From Promethearchaeota archaeon (GTDB lineage: Archaea > Asgardarchaeota > Lokiarchaeia > Sigyniarchaeales > SOKP01), in assembly GCA_019058245.1 (NCBI GenBank), contig JAHPZJ010000030.1, positions 128,001 to 192,000 on the forward strand: a stretch of DNA of 64,000 nt, written 5' to 3'. A program made the position numbers and the translations under genes. The notes beneath the pieces were generated by a model. That model was not told the DNA's origin. It was given only the letters and a program-made list of their open reading frames with translations, and made no database searches. Of this stretch, positions 37,961 to 48,789 are shown one piece after another. Each line of letters starts with the position of its first letter. Positions within the stretch are counted from its first letter, which is position 1.

Positions 37961-39741
37961 TATTTAAAACCATAAACTTTACCTATATGTACTATCCATT
38001 CTTTCGCCATCTTTTCTTTATTCAAATTTGGTAAATTAAACCAATCTAAACTTTTTATCCCCCAAAGATTCTGAAAGTTCCAATCCTTTCTAATTTCTTT
38101 TCCAACCACGGACTTTGAAAGATCTCTTCTGAATTCATAGATTTTTGGTACTTTATAAGTTGCCAAATTTTTGCTACAAAAGTTTTTTATTTTGGTTTTT
38201 ATTTCTTCTGTTACTTTAAAACCATATTTTAATAGAATAAAAGCTTTAACTTCCTCACTTCCGAGTTCTTCAGGATCAGGATTACCAATAACAGCTGCTT
38301 TTTCAATAATTTCATTTTTTAATAATAAATCTTCAACTTCTCGTGGAAATACTTTATATCCATTCATATTAATTATATAATTCTTCCTCTCTATGATGTG
38401 AAAATATCCTTCCTCATCCATTGTTGCGATATCACCAGTAAGAAGCCATCCATCTTTCAATTGATTAGCGTTAGCCTCAAGATTATTCCAGTACCCTTTA
38501 AAAACCTGAGGACCTTTAATCATTATTTCACCATATTCACCTTGAGGTACAATTTTTGTATGATCATCAACATCAACTAATTTTACTTCAGTATTGGGAT
38601 ATGGCAGTCCTACAGATCCAATCTTTCTTTTTCCCGCAATAGGATTACTCATTACTAATGCTGAGGTTTCTGTCATTCCATATCCCTCTAATAATATAGA
38701 TCCTGTCCTTTTCTCAAATTCTTTAAAAACCTCTAAAGGTATTGCAGCTGCTCCTGTATTGCAAACCTTTAAAGATTTAAGATCATTTAAAAAACCTTCA
38801 AGGTTCTCTCGATCTATTAAACGCATAAACATTGAAGGTACACCAGGGAAAAACGTAGGATGAGTTTCTTTAAATGTTGCAAATAATATTCTTTCATTCC
38901 CAGGTTCGAGGAGCATAGCTATTGTTGAACCATTATATATATGTAGATTCATACAAACTATTTGGGCATATATGTGATCTAAAGGTAAACAAGTGAGAAT
39001 AGTTTCTTTACCTTTTCTCATTCCTGAACCTAACCACTTTTTAATTGCTATAACATTTGATGCAATATTGTAATGAGTAAGCATTGCACCTTTAGGTTTT
39101 CCAGTAGTACCTGGTGTGTATTGAAGGCAAACTAAATCTTCCTTTGCTTTTGTTTCAAATTTAGGAGGATTTGGTTTAGTGTTATTAATCAAATTAAGAA
39201 ATTGAAAACTTTTTGCAATTTTAGGAGGATCACTATTCCCCAATGGATTAGCTTTAGAAGCAAAATCAAATAGATTTGTAAAAATTATTTGATTAAGACA
39301 TGTTCTTTCTACTATGTTATCTATTCTATTTATGTATTTATCCCAAGCAATTAATATTTTGGCTCCAGCATCATTTAATTGATAAGTTAATTCACGTTCA
39401 GTGGAAAGAATACTAAGTGATGTAACAATACCTCCAGCTTTCAAGATACCAAAATAACTGATTATATATTGCGGAAAATTTGGTATCATAATGGCAATAA
39501 CATCTCCTTTTTTAACCCCTATATTTACTAGGGCTGTAGCAAGCCTATCAGTAAAATTTTTTAATTTTTCATAGGAAATTTTCTCTGTTATAAACCAAAT
39601 AGCTGTTCTGTCTCCAAATTCTTTTGCTGAATTATCCAGAAACTCATAAATATTCATTTCGGGATAATTAATAGTAGCAGGAAGGCCCTCATCATAATAA
39701 CTTAACCAAGGCTTTAGCGTGTATGGATCCTTTTCGCTCAT
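37960..39741 (-). CDS. Long-chain fatty acid--CoA ligase
   Basis: YTPGTTGKPKG, EGYGMTET, GPQVFKGYW, GWLLTGD, VFPREVE, YKVPK. Stop overlaps the pncB start (TAATG). Confidence 0.9.
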   Translation of the reverse strand: MSEKDPYTLKPWLSYYDEGLPATINYPEMNIYEFLDNSAKEFGDRTAIWFITEKISYEKLKNFTDRLATALVNIGVKKGDVIAIMIPNFPQYIISYFGILKAGGIVTSLSILSTERELTYQLNDAGAKILIAWDKYINRIDNIVERTCLNQIIFTNLFDFASKANPLGNSDPPKIAKSFQFLNLINNTKPNPPKFETKAKEDLVCLQYTPGTTGKPKGAMLTHYNIASNVIAIKKWLGSGMRKGKETILTCLPLDHIYAQIVCMNLHIYNGSTIAMLLEPGNERILFATFKETHPTFFPGVPSMFMRLIDRENLEGFLNDLKSLKVCNTGAAAIPLEVFKEFEKRTGSILLEGYGMTETSALVMSNPIAGKRKIGSVGLPYPNTEVKLVDVDDHTKIVPQGEYGEIMIKGPQVFKGYWNNLEANANQLKDGWLLTGDIATMDEEGYFHIIERKNYIINMNGYKVFPREVEDLLLKNEIIEKAAVIGNPDPEELGSEEVKAFILLKYGFKVTEEIKTKIKNFCSKNLATYKVPKIYEFRRDLSKSVVGKEIRKDWNFQNLWGIKSLDWFNLPNLNKEKMAKEWIVHIGKVYGFK

Positions 39742-40111
39742 TTTTTAATATAATCCTAATTGTTTTGTACTGATGTTAAATTTAAAAGTTTTAATATTTA
39801 ATATATTGGGTAATTTATATAATAACTTAAACTACTAGGAATTCGAGATTAACTTGAATCCAATTAGAAAGAATACTTCTCTCCGCATTAATCGTCCTAA
39901 TTATGAAAAGAAACTTTCTTTCTACGTTATTATCTAATTCAAGTAATAATTCTATAATATATAGAGCTTTTAGTAGCATTAAATATCTACTTTTGATTTT
40001 ATTAACAAATAATATTATCAAAAGTAGGAAAAGTAGAATAATGTTTAAAAATCATTAAAGTAATTTTTGTATAAATGATCTTTTAACTAAATTTTATAAA
40101 AAAGTGATAAT

Positions 40112-41851
40112 ATGTACCATTTAGATGATGATGAATATTTAAACGTTCCATACTATAGAAAGACTCGGAGTATTTGCCCAGAATGTTTAGAACCAATTGG
40201 TGCTGAAGTCTATGAGGAAAATGATGAGATTTGGATGAGAAAAACATGCGAAGAACATGGTGATTTCAAAGATAAAATTAGTAGTTCTGCTAAGTATTAT
40301 AAATGGACCCATTGGGCAATAAAAGATAAAGATGGGAAGGTTGTATGGCAATTTGAAAAAAATGGAGAAGCTAATCCTCCAGATTGCGCAATTGAAGACC
40401 CGAGAGGGTGTCCCTATAACTGTGGTTTATGTCCAGAACATTTGTCAACTTGCTCACTGGCTCTAATAGATCTAACAAACCGCTGCAATTTTAATTGTAA
40501 CTTCTGTTATGCGAATGTACAAAAATCTGGCTATTTAATTGAACCTTCTCTTGAAGAAATTGATCGAATTATGAAGCATTTCAGAAGTAAACCAATCCCT
40601 GCTATTGCAATCATGTTTACAGGTGGAGAACCAACAGTAAGAAAAGATTTTCCCGAAATTTGTAAAATGGCAAAAGATAATGGATTTAAAGAAGTCATAG
40701 TTGCAACAAATGGTTATGGATTCCAAAAGAAAACTGGAGGCCTTGAATGGACTAAAAAAGTAAAAGAAGCTGGCTTGGATACCTTATATTTCCAATTTGA
40801 TGGTATTAATAATACAACTTATGAGAAAACTCGGGGAATCAAAAATCTTATGTCATATAAACAAAGAGTAATAGAAAATTGTCGTAAAGCAAAACTTGAT
40901 TCAATTGTTTTAGTAGCAACGATTGCGAAGGGAGTTACTGATATTGAAGTTGGTAATATTATTCAATATGCTATTGATAATGTTGACGTGGTTCGGGGAA
41001 TTACTTTTCAACCAGTATCTCTATGTGGTCGAATAGCATTTGAAGAACGACAAGACTTAAGAATCACTAATGCAGATGTGCTCAAGATTATAGAAGAACA
41101 AACAAAAGGTAAAATTAGCATGGAAAATGCCTGGTATCCTTTGAGTACCATCGTAGAATTTGGCAGAGTTATTGCATATTTATCAGATGTTGAGCCTATA
41201 GAATTTACTTGCCATCCCGACTGTGGTTTTGCAAGTTATATGGTAATTGATCCTGATAGTGGTGAAATGATGCCCATTATGGACTATTTTGACCCTCTAA
41301 AAGTTATAGATTTTGCTAACCGCTTTTGGGAGAAAATCAAACATAAAGAAAAGAAACAACTTAGATTATTCGAAGATTTATTAGGAGATTTTGGTAAAAC
41401 ACTTGATAAAGGATTAAACTTTTTAGATAAAACACAATTACGTGCTAGGTTCCTATTGGGCGTATTGCAGTATATGAAAAAGCCAGGAAAGCTTATGGAG
41501 ATGTTTTCAAGACTTTTGATGCAAGGAGATTGGGAAAGTGTTAGTTCCTTTAGTTATGGGGCGCTTTTACTATCTAGTATGCATTTTCAAGATGCTTATA
41601 ACATGGATATTGAAAGAACAAAAAGATGTATTGTACACTTTGGTGTTGCAATGCCTGATGGTAGTGTAAAGGAATGCTCTTTTTGCACTATGAACACACT
41701 TCATAGACCTCATATTGAGAAGCAAGTCGCTAAAAAACTTACCGCTAAGGTAAAGAATGAATTTGACACAACCACTGGTCAACCTGCAGAACAAATTCAA
41801 CAAGTAGTAGCTCATAATGGGGGTATTAAAAAAGAGGAGGAAGAATCATAA
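40112..41851 (+). CDS. tes: Radical SAM tetraether lipid synthase (Tes/GDGT-MAS family)
   Basis: N-terminal CPEC...CEEHG metal site, GCPYNCGLC..H, CNFNCNFC radical SAM motif, CHPDCG, MHFQDAYN.D.ER..RC..H, FC. Confidence 0.88.
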   Translation: MYHLDDDEYLNVPYYRKTRSICPECLEPIGAEVYEENDEIWMRKTCEEHGDFKDKISSSAKYYKWTHWAIKDKDGKVVWQFEKNGEANPPDCAIEDPRGCPYNCGLCPEHLSTCSLALIDLTNRCNFNCNFCYANVQKSGYLIEPSLEEIDRIMKHFRSKPIPAIAIMFTGGEPTVRKDFPEICKMAKDNGFKEVIVATNGYGFQKKTGGLEWTKKVKEAGLDTLYFQFDGINNTTYEKTRGIKNLMSYKQRVIENCRKAKLDSIVLVATIAKGVTDIEVGNIIQYAIDNVDVVRGITFQPVSLCGRIAFEERQDLRITNADVLKIIEEQTKGKISMENAWYPLSTIVEFGRVIAYLSDVEPIEFTCHPDCGFASYMVIDPDSGEMMPIMDYFDPLKVIDFANRFWEKIKHKEKKQLRLFEDLLGDFGKTLDKGLNFLDKTQLRARFLLGVLQYMKKPGKLMEMFSRLLMQGDWESVSSFSYGALLLSSMHFQDAYNMDIERTKRCIVHFGVAMPDGSVKECSFCTMNTLHRPHIEKQVAKKLTAKVKNEFDTTTGQPAEQIQQVVAHNGGIKKEEEES

Positions 41852-42139
41852 ATGCCTGAAGAATACGTTGAAGATAAAGATGGAATGAAAATTCGTAAAC
41901 TGACAGAGCTAAAAACAGTTACAGATAAGGACTATGAAGACGCTATGCTTAGACGCGTAGAAGAATTCAAAACCACCAAAGGAAAAGATTCTCAATTTAA
42001 CGACGTTCTTCAAAATACGGTGTTTAAAGCACTAAGCTCTGCCTTAGATTTAAAAGTCCAGGTCGATAAAGCTCTAGGTAAAGATAATTTAAAAAAACTA
42101 CATAAAGCGATTGATGATATCCTTCTATTAGGATTATAA
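41852..42139 (+). CDS. Small hypothetical protein, translationally coupled to tes
   Basis: ATG immediately follows the tes stop; 95-aa helical-looking protein. Confidence 0.7.
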   Translation: MPEEYVEDKDGMKIRKLTELKTVTDKDYEDAMLRRVEEFKTTKGKDSQFNDVLQNTVFKALSSALDLKVQVDKALGKDNLKKLHKAIDDILLLGL

Positions 42140-42223
42140 TTATATTTTTCTTTTTAATTTTAGAATTTACTAAGTAATTTTACATAACTTATTTTTTAAT
42201 TCATTATTTAGTTTAGTTATACT

Positions 42224-43309
42224 ATGGTTTATAATGCCTTCACCATACCAGTTATGATTTTTTATATTGGGAACGGATTGGCACATTTATATTTTGCTAT
42301 TAAGTTAAAACAAAAATTTGCCCTAGAGCATAATTTTACTAATTCTTTTTTGATATCTCTATTATGGATTATTGCTGGTGTTTTATATCCCTTTTTTTTT
42401 ATAAGAGATACGAATCAAACAAGATTTTTTCAAGGATTGGCCCTTCAAATTATATGTATATACGCCCCATTGTTAATATTTTTTATTTTATACTACCAAT
42501 CTCAATTTGTATTAAAAAGAGACCCCCAAATAAGAGAAACTCGTACAATTGAAAAGTTTACAAAACAATTTACTTTGATGGATACGAAAAATCTCGATAA
42601 TAGAAAAGCTGCTTTAAGAACTGATATTCATCGGAAAGCATTTCATTTATTGCCTGCTATAATAATTATTTTATTATGGCTTTTTGCAGTTTATATTTGG
42701 GATAATATATGGCAAGCTGATGAATTTTGGGGAATTTCAGGAAAGGAGTACGGCATCTTTTTAATATTAACAGTTGGTTATACAGGTGTCATCATATTTG
42801 CTGCTTTAGATTATATTCGGTTATCCCATATATTCAATAGAGGAAATATTTTTCATTTACTTCCGACATGTATTTTCAATACATTGGGCAAAACTTTAAA
42901 AAAAAATGAGATCTATGAATTCACTCGACCCGTAGCATTAATATTATCTCTTGTACCTACGCTTTTCCTACCATTTGGACTATTTACAGCCACCGCATTA
43001 ATCGCTACTCTAGGTGATGGCGCAGCGTCAATATTTGGACTCAAATTCGGAAAGATCCATATACCAAAATCTTCAAACAAGACCTTAATTGGGTATATTT
43101 CTGGATTTATGGTTTCTTTTTTGATCAGTTTTTTAGTTTTATGGCTTTTTGAACAAAAAACTTATAATATTTCACAAATCGTCGTTATTGGATTTATTGG
43201 AGCACTAACCTTTTTAATTATAGATATTCTAAATCTTAAAATAGATGATAATATTTTAAATCCTATATTTTGTGGATATTTAATGTTCTTGATAACGTTA
43301 ATAATATAA
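42224..43309 (+). CDS. CTP-dependent polyprenol/diacylglycerol kinase family membrane protein
   Basis: HRKAFH, GDGAASIFG.KFGK, KTLIG, IDDNILNP. Extra N-terminal TM helices. Confidence 0.82.
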   Translation: MVYNAFTIPVMIFYIGNGLAHLYFAIKLKQKFALEHNFTNSFLISLLWIIAGVLYPFFFIRDTNQTRFFQGLALQIICIYAPLLIFFILYYQSQFVLKRDPQIRETRTIEKFTKQFTLMDTKNLDNRKAALRTDIHRKAFHLLPAIIIILLWLFAVYIWDNIWQADEFWGISGKEYGIFLILTVGYTGVIIFAALDYIRLSHIFNRGNIFHLLPTCIFNTLGKTLKKNEIYEFTRPVALILSLVPTLFLPFGLFTATALIATLGDGAASIFGLKFGKIHIPKSSNKTLIGYISGFMVSFLISFLVLWLFEQKTYNISQIVVIGFIGALTFLIIDILNLKIDDNILNPIFCGYLMFLITLII

Positions 43310-43885
43310 ATGTGTGAATATGTGTTTGGAATGAGTGAAATTCGAATAAGGCCTCCAGAAGAAGTTGCAAAGAGAGTAGTAGTATTATTAGGGATATTTC
43401 AAGCTGCTACCGGTAGAGAAAAAAAAGAAATTATAGAAATTTTAAAGGGTAATAATTTATGGGAAAAAACTTCTGAGATTGAAAAAAAATTTTTGTTAAG
43501 TCATAGTGAAGACACAAAATTCGAGGCCATACAATTTGGTTGGCGTTCTGAGACTGTTTTTATATTATTGTGGGCTCTTAAATTAGTTGAGCAAGAAGAA
43601 ATCCCTGTAGATGAGACAAATTTAGATTTGATTATTGATCTTTTGAAGGATAGTGAATATTACAAAAAAATAGATATAAAAAATGCTCAATTAAGAAATA
43701 GCGATGAAATTTTAAGATTATTAGATCAAATTCAAATCATTAACTCGGAATTGAGAGATGCTTCAATTAATAACAAGAAACCACCATATAACTATCATCC
43801 TTCCATTATATACGAATGGAACTATGCTCTAAATTGGTTGGTAAGAATCAATGAAAGCTGGGACTATATAACGACAGATTCATAG
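43310..43885 (+). CDS. DUF4272-like protein
   Basis: WRSE..FILLWAL, LR..DEIL..LD, E..YALNWL...WD. Start may be the Met at 43331. Confidence 0.65.
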   Translation: MCEYVFGMSEIRIRPPEEVAKRVVVLLGIFQAATGREKKEIIEILKGNNLWEKTSEIEKKFLLSHSEDTKFEAIQFGWRSETVFILLWALKLVEQEEIPVDETNLDLIIDLLKDSEYYKKIDIKNAQLRNSDEILRLLDQIQIINSELRDASINNKKPPYNYHPSIIYEWNYALNWLVRINESWDYITTDS

Positions 43886-43920
43886 AAAATTGAAATGAAA
43901 TTATGTAAGATTTTCAATAA

Positions 43921-43987
43921 AATAAAAAATTATGGGACTGTTATTTTAGTTTTTAATGAAAAATTCTAAATGAGGAAATTTAATGGC
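43921..43987 (+). repeat. Diverged direct repeat, copy 1 (second copy at 45210-45276)
   Basis: 43951-43987 matches 45240-45276 at 33/37 nt, including an identical ATGAGGAAATTTAATGGC; weaker similarity extends 30 nt upstream. Confidence 0.75.
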
Positions 43988-44103
43988 ATTCCTAATATTA
44001 ATACTCTAACTTCAGAAATAGATGATTTAATGCTCTTAAATTAAGCATTTTTTCTCATTTATAAAGAATTTTTTTAATAATCAAGTAGGAATAAATCTCA
44101 TCC

Positions 44104-45054
44104 TTATATATTCTTTGTAAAATTTTTATGGAGATTGTTTTTTCCCACTATATAAATAATACTCAATATCATAATACTAAATATTAACAGCAAAAGGCCA
44201 AGATTTATTCCAGGTATTCTTGGAGTTTCATCTTCACTATGTCTGTTTTCATTTCCACAAACCCAAAGCATCTCGTTAAATTCAAAATTAATAGCTTTTT
44301 CTGTAATTGGTAAATTAGTTTGATTAATTTCACTGTAGAGATTAAAGTGCAAGTTATCTCCATAATCTAAACCTACTATCGCTTGATTACTAGATATACT
44401 AAGCACATCTTTATATTGAAATTTGATATCACCAGCGCCAGAGTGAAAAAATAGAATTGCCTCAAAAGATCCTACATATGATGGTCTTGACTTATTATAG
44501 GTATATACATCTTTATATTCAATTATTAAGCGATTCGGTGATGTAAAAAATTCATAATATACTGTTCCACCTCCTCCTAAACTCTCTGAAGTTGTTAAGT
44601 TATCTACAAATAAAGCTATAGTAGGAGAAATATGAAAGTCTAATGAAGGTATATGCACGCTCATCGAAGTTATGTTTCTACTAGGAAACACCAAATAACC
44701 ATTACTTACTACAGTACAGCTGCTATAGTCTCTATCATATATTCTATAATCCCAAGGAAAGAGTAGACTTTGATAATTGAAAGACGTATCTGAGATTTTC
44801 TCTAAAATTGTTCCTGTCTCATTAATCTCAATCCATGAATAAATAGCTTCAGTATCCATAAGATATCCCGCACCACATGAAGAAGAAGCGTTAATTTTTT
44901 CTTTTTCAATTAAAAACTCATCTTCAAATGATTTATTGATATAAAGTAAATATGAGAAATTAATTGAGAAAATCAGAAAAATAAATACTGTAAATATAAT
45001 ATTGTTTTTTTTCAAAGATATACCAAGAAATTTGAAATTATTATAATCTACCAA
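44104..45054 (-). CDS. Secreted/surface protein with IPG-TM C-terminal anchor
   Basis: N-terminal hydrophobic helix, YSWIEI..G, VSNGYL, FEAIL...GDIKFQY beta-rich domain, RIPGINLGLLLL tail. Confidence 0.75.
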   Translation of the reverse strand: MVDYNNFKFLGISLKKNNIIFTVFIFLIFSINFSYLLYINKSFEDEFLIEKEKINASSSCGAGYLMDTEAIYSWIEINETGTILEKISDTSFNYQSLLFPWDYRIYDRDYSSCTVVSNGYLVFPSRNITSMSVHIPSLDFHISPTIALFVDNLTTSESLGGGGTVYYEFFTSPNRLIIEYKDVYTYNKSRPSYVGSFEAILFFHSGAGDIKFQYKDVLSISSNQAIVGLDYGDNLHFNLYSEINQTNLPITEKAINFEFNEMLWVCGNENRHSEDETPRIPGINLGLLLLIFSIMILSIIYIVGKNNLHKNFTKNI

Positions 45055-45271
45055 TCAGATTTAGTATATAAATAAACCTTTTTTAAAAATTAAGTCAATA
45101 GTTTTTATGTGTGAGTTATTTGCTATTGAATTTTGACAAGGATTAATTTTTAATTTTGAAAAGTATCTAAATGAGTTAAAAAAAATATTTTTGGCCTTTA
45201 TTTTAATACAATAAAAATTTAAGTAATAACTATTTTATCTTTTAATGAAAGAATATACATGAGGAAATTTA

Positions 45272-45763
45272 ATGGCTCAATCAGAAGATGATAAAAATTT
45301 CTGTTGTCCCAAGTGCGGTAAAATTGGTACCATTACCTTTTTAAAAGCAAATGGGGATAAAATTATGGTAAAACAAAAATGTTCACAACATGGAATAAAA
45401 AGTTTTAAGGTGCCTCTATTACAAAAAGATAGTTTTATTCCTCATTTTCGCAAAGGAGTTTTTCGTTGCCCTGAATGTGGACAAAATACTATAGTGGAAA
45501 GCGCCAAAATGTCAGGACCTTGGATGATTGTAAAAAGTGCTTGTCCAACTCATGGTAATAATTTACCAGAACAAAGAATTTGGAGTACCTTATATGTTGA
45601 TATTTCTAACTATACAGATATATTCAAGAAAGAAATTTCAAAAAAACAAACAGACCAACCCCAACCTACTCTTAGTGATGAAAAAAAGTTTTGTCCTAAT
45701 TGCGGAACACCACTAAAAGAAGGTGGTGAATTTTGTGATACATGCGGGGCTAAAATCGTTTAG
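45272..45763 (+). CDS. Multi-Zn-ribbon protein
   Basis: Two CP.C...C..HG units plus a C-terminal CPNCG...FCDTCG double zinc ribbon. Confidence 0.8.
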   Translation: MAQSEDDKNFCCPKCGKIGTITFLKANGDKIMVKQKCSQHGIKSFKVPLLQKDSFIPHFRKGVFRCPECGQNTIVESAKMSGPWMIVKSACPTHGNNLPEQRIWSTLYVDISNYTDIFKKEISKKQTDQPQPTLSDEKKFCPNCGTPLKEGGEFCDTCGAKIV

Positions 45764-45873
45764 ATAAATAATTTTTATGTTCACCTTTCTTTTTTCAAAG
45801 TATAATAAGAATTATTCAAAACAAAAGATTGATATGATTTTTTACTTTCATTTCAAGGAATTAATATTTATCA

Positions 45874-48789
45874 TTAAAAAAACGCATCCATTTTTTTAAT
45901 ACCTTTTATCTCTTCATATGTTATACCTAGAGCATCTAAAACCTGTTCTAACGCTGAAATTAGAAGATCTTTGTATTTTTTAGTATCTATATCTTGGAGT
46001 TTAGCTAAGTCAATAGCTTTTGTTCCAATTGATCCCTTACTTTTAATAAAACTTATGGTTTCTCCTTTTTGAAATTCTTTTCCAGTTGCCGCTTTTAATT
46101 CTAATGCTGCTCTTACATGTTGAGGAATAACTTTTGTATAACTCTTAAGATCTTTTTGCAAAGCAATGTTTATAACATAATCTTCTAACTTGAAAGCATC
46201 TGGTTTTCCTATCTTTTTTAGATTGTTCCTTACAATTTCTTTAATCCTATCTTTAGCTTTCAAAAATTCATCATTAGTGGTGATCTGCTTCAATATTTCG
46301 ATCATTTCACTAAAAGCTTTTTTAATAAAGTTAGGTGTGTTTTTCTTCTTAGCAACAAGACCTTTTATATCTACATATTTAGTATTTTTATAAATTCCAA
46401 TATAGTTTTTCTTTCTATCAGAAAGTGCAAGAAACTGATAGGTCTTTTCCTCTTCTAAGTCAAGATCTAATTCTTTTCTGCTCCATTCTGATATTATTTT
46501 CATCTGATCATTAGTTGGATTTAAAAGAAAAACGCTATCAGTATCCCCATAGAGAACTTTCACACCTATATCTTCCGACTTCTTAATGGTTTGTTTTATT
46601 GAATATTGACCTATTGAAGTAGTACTTTCTGCAACAGGAAGACAAAATAGAGGAAAATTCTGAGAGCCAAAAACACCATAACTTCCATTAATAAAAACTT
46701 TAAGAGCTTGCTGAATCGTATGATAATAACTTCTTTGTTTTTCTGTTAAATTTTTATCGGTTGATTTGGGTTTAAAATATTTAACTCTGATATCTCTAAA
46801 AAAGCCTACAACATAAGCAAAGATTCCCATTTTTTTAGTACATATATGATAAGGGGTTCCTTTTACAAGATTATCTTCATCTTCTTTATGAGGACATAAT
46901 ACTGTTTCGTATGATAAGTTATATTCTTTGATAATAGAAGGGTAAAGTGAAGCAAAATCCATCACTACGACGTCAAAATGAATTCCAGGAACAGGTGGGA
47001 TAACATAAGCCCCTGCAAATGTTTTTCCTTCAATAACCGCTTTTGAATAGCCTCCAGTTTTTAATTCAGCGATTTCTGATCTACGAGGTATTAAATAATT
47101 TTTTCTTCTATGTTCAAAATAAAAAATATTTTGAATCCATGTTGATATTTGGCGCCTTACTGTTTCATGAATAGGCATTTTGGTAATTCGACATAATAAT
47201 ACAATTAAATTCCAGACAAGTGAGTTATTAAATTTTGTTAATTCTAATGTAAGTATTGAATCTTTTAAATTATACCACGTTAGAACATCATATTCCATTT
47301 CATGTATTTCTTCTTCATGCGCATATTTCATTTCTCCCAATAATGCATCGCTAATCGCGTTTAATGAACTACTTTCATATGCACCTCCAAAAGCATATCC
47401 AGAAATACTTCGATTAAAGAAAAAATTAAATAGGTCAATATGGATTCCCTTTCTCAAGTCACAATCAGATCTTGATAAGAACCCAAAACCTCTCTTAATA
47501 TGGATAGGATTTAAATCTTTATCAATTTTCAATTTATTTGCTCTATGAAACATATAAGTTAGATCAAAATTATCTCCGTTGAAGGTAATAACTACAGGAT
47601 ATTCCCATAATAAACGAAAAGTCTCTATTAATAATTCTTTTTCACTTTTAAAGAAAACTAATTTGGCGTCTGACGGAAATCTCTTATGTAGTCCATGAAA
47701 AAGGAATCCTTCTCTTTCTAAAACATATACTAATTTTAATCCATCTGATGCTACAAAAGAAATGCTAATAATTGCTTGTTTTGCCTGACGAGGATCTGGG
47801 ATAACAAAATCTTCTGATCCTAAATTTACTTCGATATCCATAGCTATCCGTTTTACATCTGGAATCGGTGTAAGAAATATATCTAAAAACTTTTCCGAAA
47901 ACTCTTGAAGTTCTGACGATTCATTTTTGAACAGATTCCGTAATTCTTTTGCCATATTTTTAGATTCTTCTGAATCCTCTTCAAAACTCAACTTTTTGAT
48001 TTGACCACCTTCAATAGAATATATTAATCCAGGAATTAGTTGTCTATCGAAAATATAGTTCAAATGATATCTAATATCTGCTTCCCATGCTTTTTTATTG
48101 TTTTTACTTAAAATATTTCTAATATTTGTACCAGAACCACCAATATCTGACGGTGTTTTACCATATATTTTTGTCATCGATATTTCTGTATCTTTTAGCA
48201 GATCAATTCTCTTAATTTCTTCAAATCTAGTAAAACCTTCATAATCTGTTAATTCTATAATATTCTGTAAATCTGCTATTGATTCCTTACTTAAGCAATA
48301 AGGTTCATGATCAGTAGTATCAATCCATATTCTTATATCATCAGTTTTAAGATCATAAAATTTACAGTATGCTTTATTTTGACTTCCATCATAATCAACA
48401 TCAAGCAATATACCTCTTTCCATATCTTCAACGATTTCTCCTTTTTCAATAAGATAACGAATATATTTTGAAGAAAAATTTTCTCTTAAAACTTTTGGTA
48501 ATTTAATATTTCCTTCTTTTAAGCCAAATTGTTTGTCATTCCCTTCAAAAAATAAGTTTGAAGGAATCTCCTCTGAAATAGGCTCTAATTGAGGCTTTGA
48601 TTCTTTAGCTTTATGTTCTTTTATAGCTTTCGGTTTATCTTTTGGGCTTTTTTCTGGAGTTTTATCAATTTTTGGTTTCTTTTCTGATTCTGACTTCTTT
48701 TTTTTCTTTTTTGTATCTTTATCATCAACAAATGAAAATAATGATGTTTGGGATTTATCATCGGGTTTCTTCTTTTTTGAAGGTGGCAT
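45874..48789 (-). CDS. polB: Family B DNA polymerase (PolB1-type)
   Basis: Exonuclease DIE and TFNGDNFD; polymerase DFASLYPSII, QQALKVFINGSYGVFG, YGDTDS, KKNY. Confidence 0.96.
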   Translation of the reverse strand: MPPSKKKKPDDKSQTSLFSFVDDKDTKKKKKKSESEKKPKIDKTPEKSPKDKPKAIKEHKAKESKPQLEPISEEIPSNLFFEGNDKQFGLKEGNIKLPKVLRENFSSKYIRYLIEKGEIVEDMERGILLDVDYDGSQNKAYCKFYDLKTDDIRIWIDTTDHEPYCLSKESIADLQNIIELTDYEGFTRFEEIKRIDLLKDTEISMTKIYGKTPSDIGGSGTNIRNILSKNNKKAWEADIRYHLNYIFDRQLIPGLIYSIEGGQIKKLSFEEDSEESKNMAKELRNLFKNESSELQEFSEKFLDIFLTPIPDVKRIAMDIEVNLGSEDFVIPDPRQAKQAIISISFVASDGLKLVYVLEREGFLFHGLHKRFPSDAKLVFFKSEKELLIETFRLLWEYPVVITFNGDNFDLTYMFHRANKLKIDKDLNPIHIKRGFGFLSRSDCDLRKGIHIDLFNFFFNRSISGYAFGGAYESSSLNAISDALLGEMKYAHEEEIHEMEYDVLTWYNLKDSILTLELTKFNNSLVWNLIVLLCRITKMPIHETVRRQISTWIQNIFYFEHRRKNYLIPRRSEIAELKTGGYSKAVIEGKTFAGAYVIPPVPGIHFDVVVMDFASLYPSIIKEYNLSYETVLCPHKEDEDNLVKGTPYHICTKKMGIFAYVVGFFRDIRVKYFKPKSTDKNLTEKQRSYYHTIQQALKVFINGSYGVFGSQNFPLFCLPVAESTTSIGQYSIKQTIKKSEDIGVKVLYGDTDSVFLLNPTNDQMKIISEWSRKELDLDLEEEKTYQFLALSDRKKNYIGIYKNTKYVDIKGLVAKKKNTPNFIKKAFSEMIEILKQITTNDEFLKAKDRIKEIVRNNLKKIGKPDAFKLEDYVINIALQKDLKSYTKVIPQHVRAALELKAATGKEFQKGETISFIKSKGSIGTKAIDLAKLQDIDTKKYKDLLISALEQVLDALGITYEEIKGIKKMDAFF

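Noticed and set aside
39827-40021. 64-aa minus-strand intergenic ORF
   Set aside because: AT-rich, no motif, and lies in the divergent promoter region between the ligase and tes.
48760-48789. NLS-like PPSKKKKP at the PolB N-terminus
   Set aside because: Lys runs are common in this AT-rich genome, and the organism has no nucleus.
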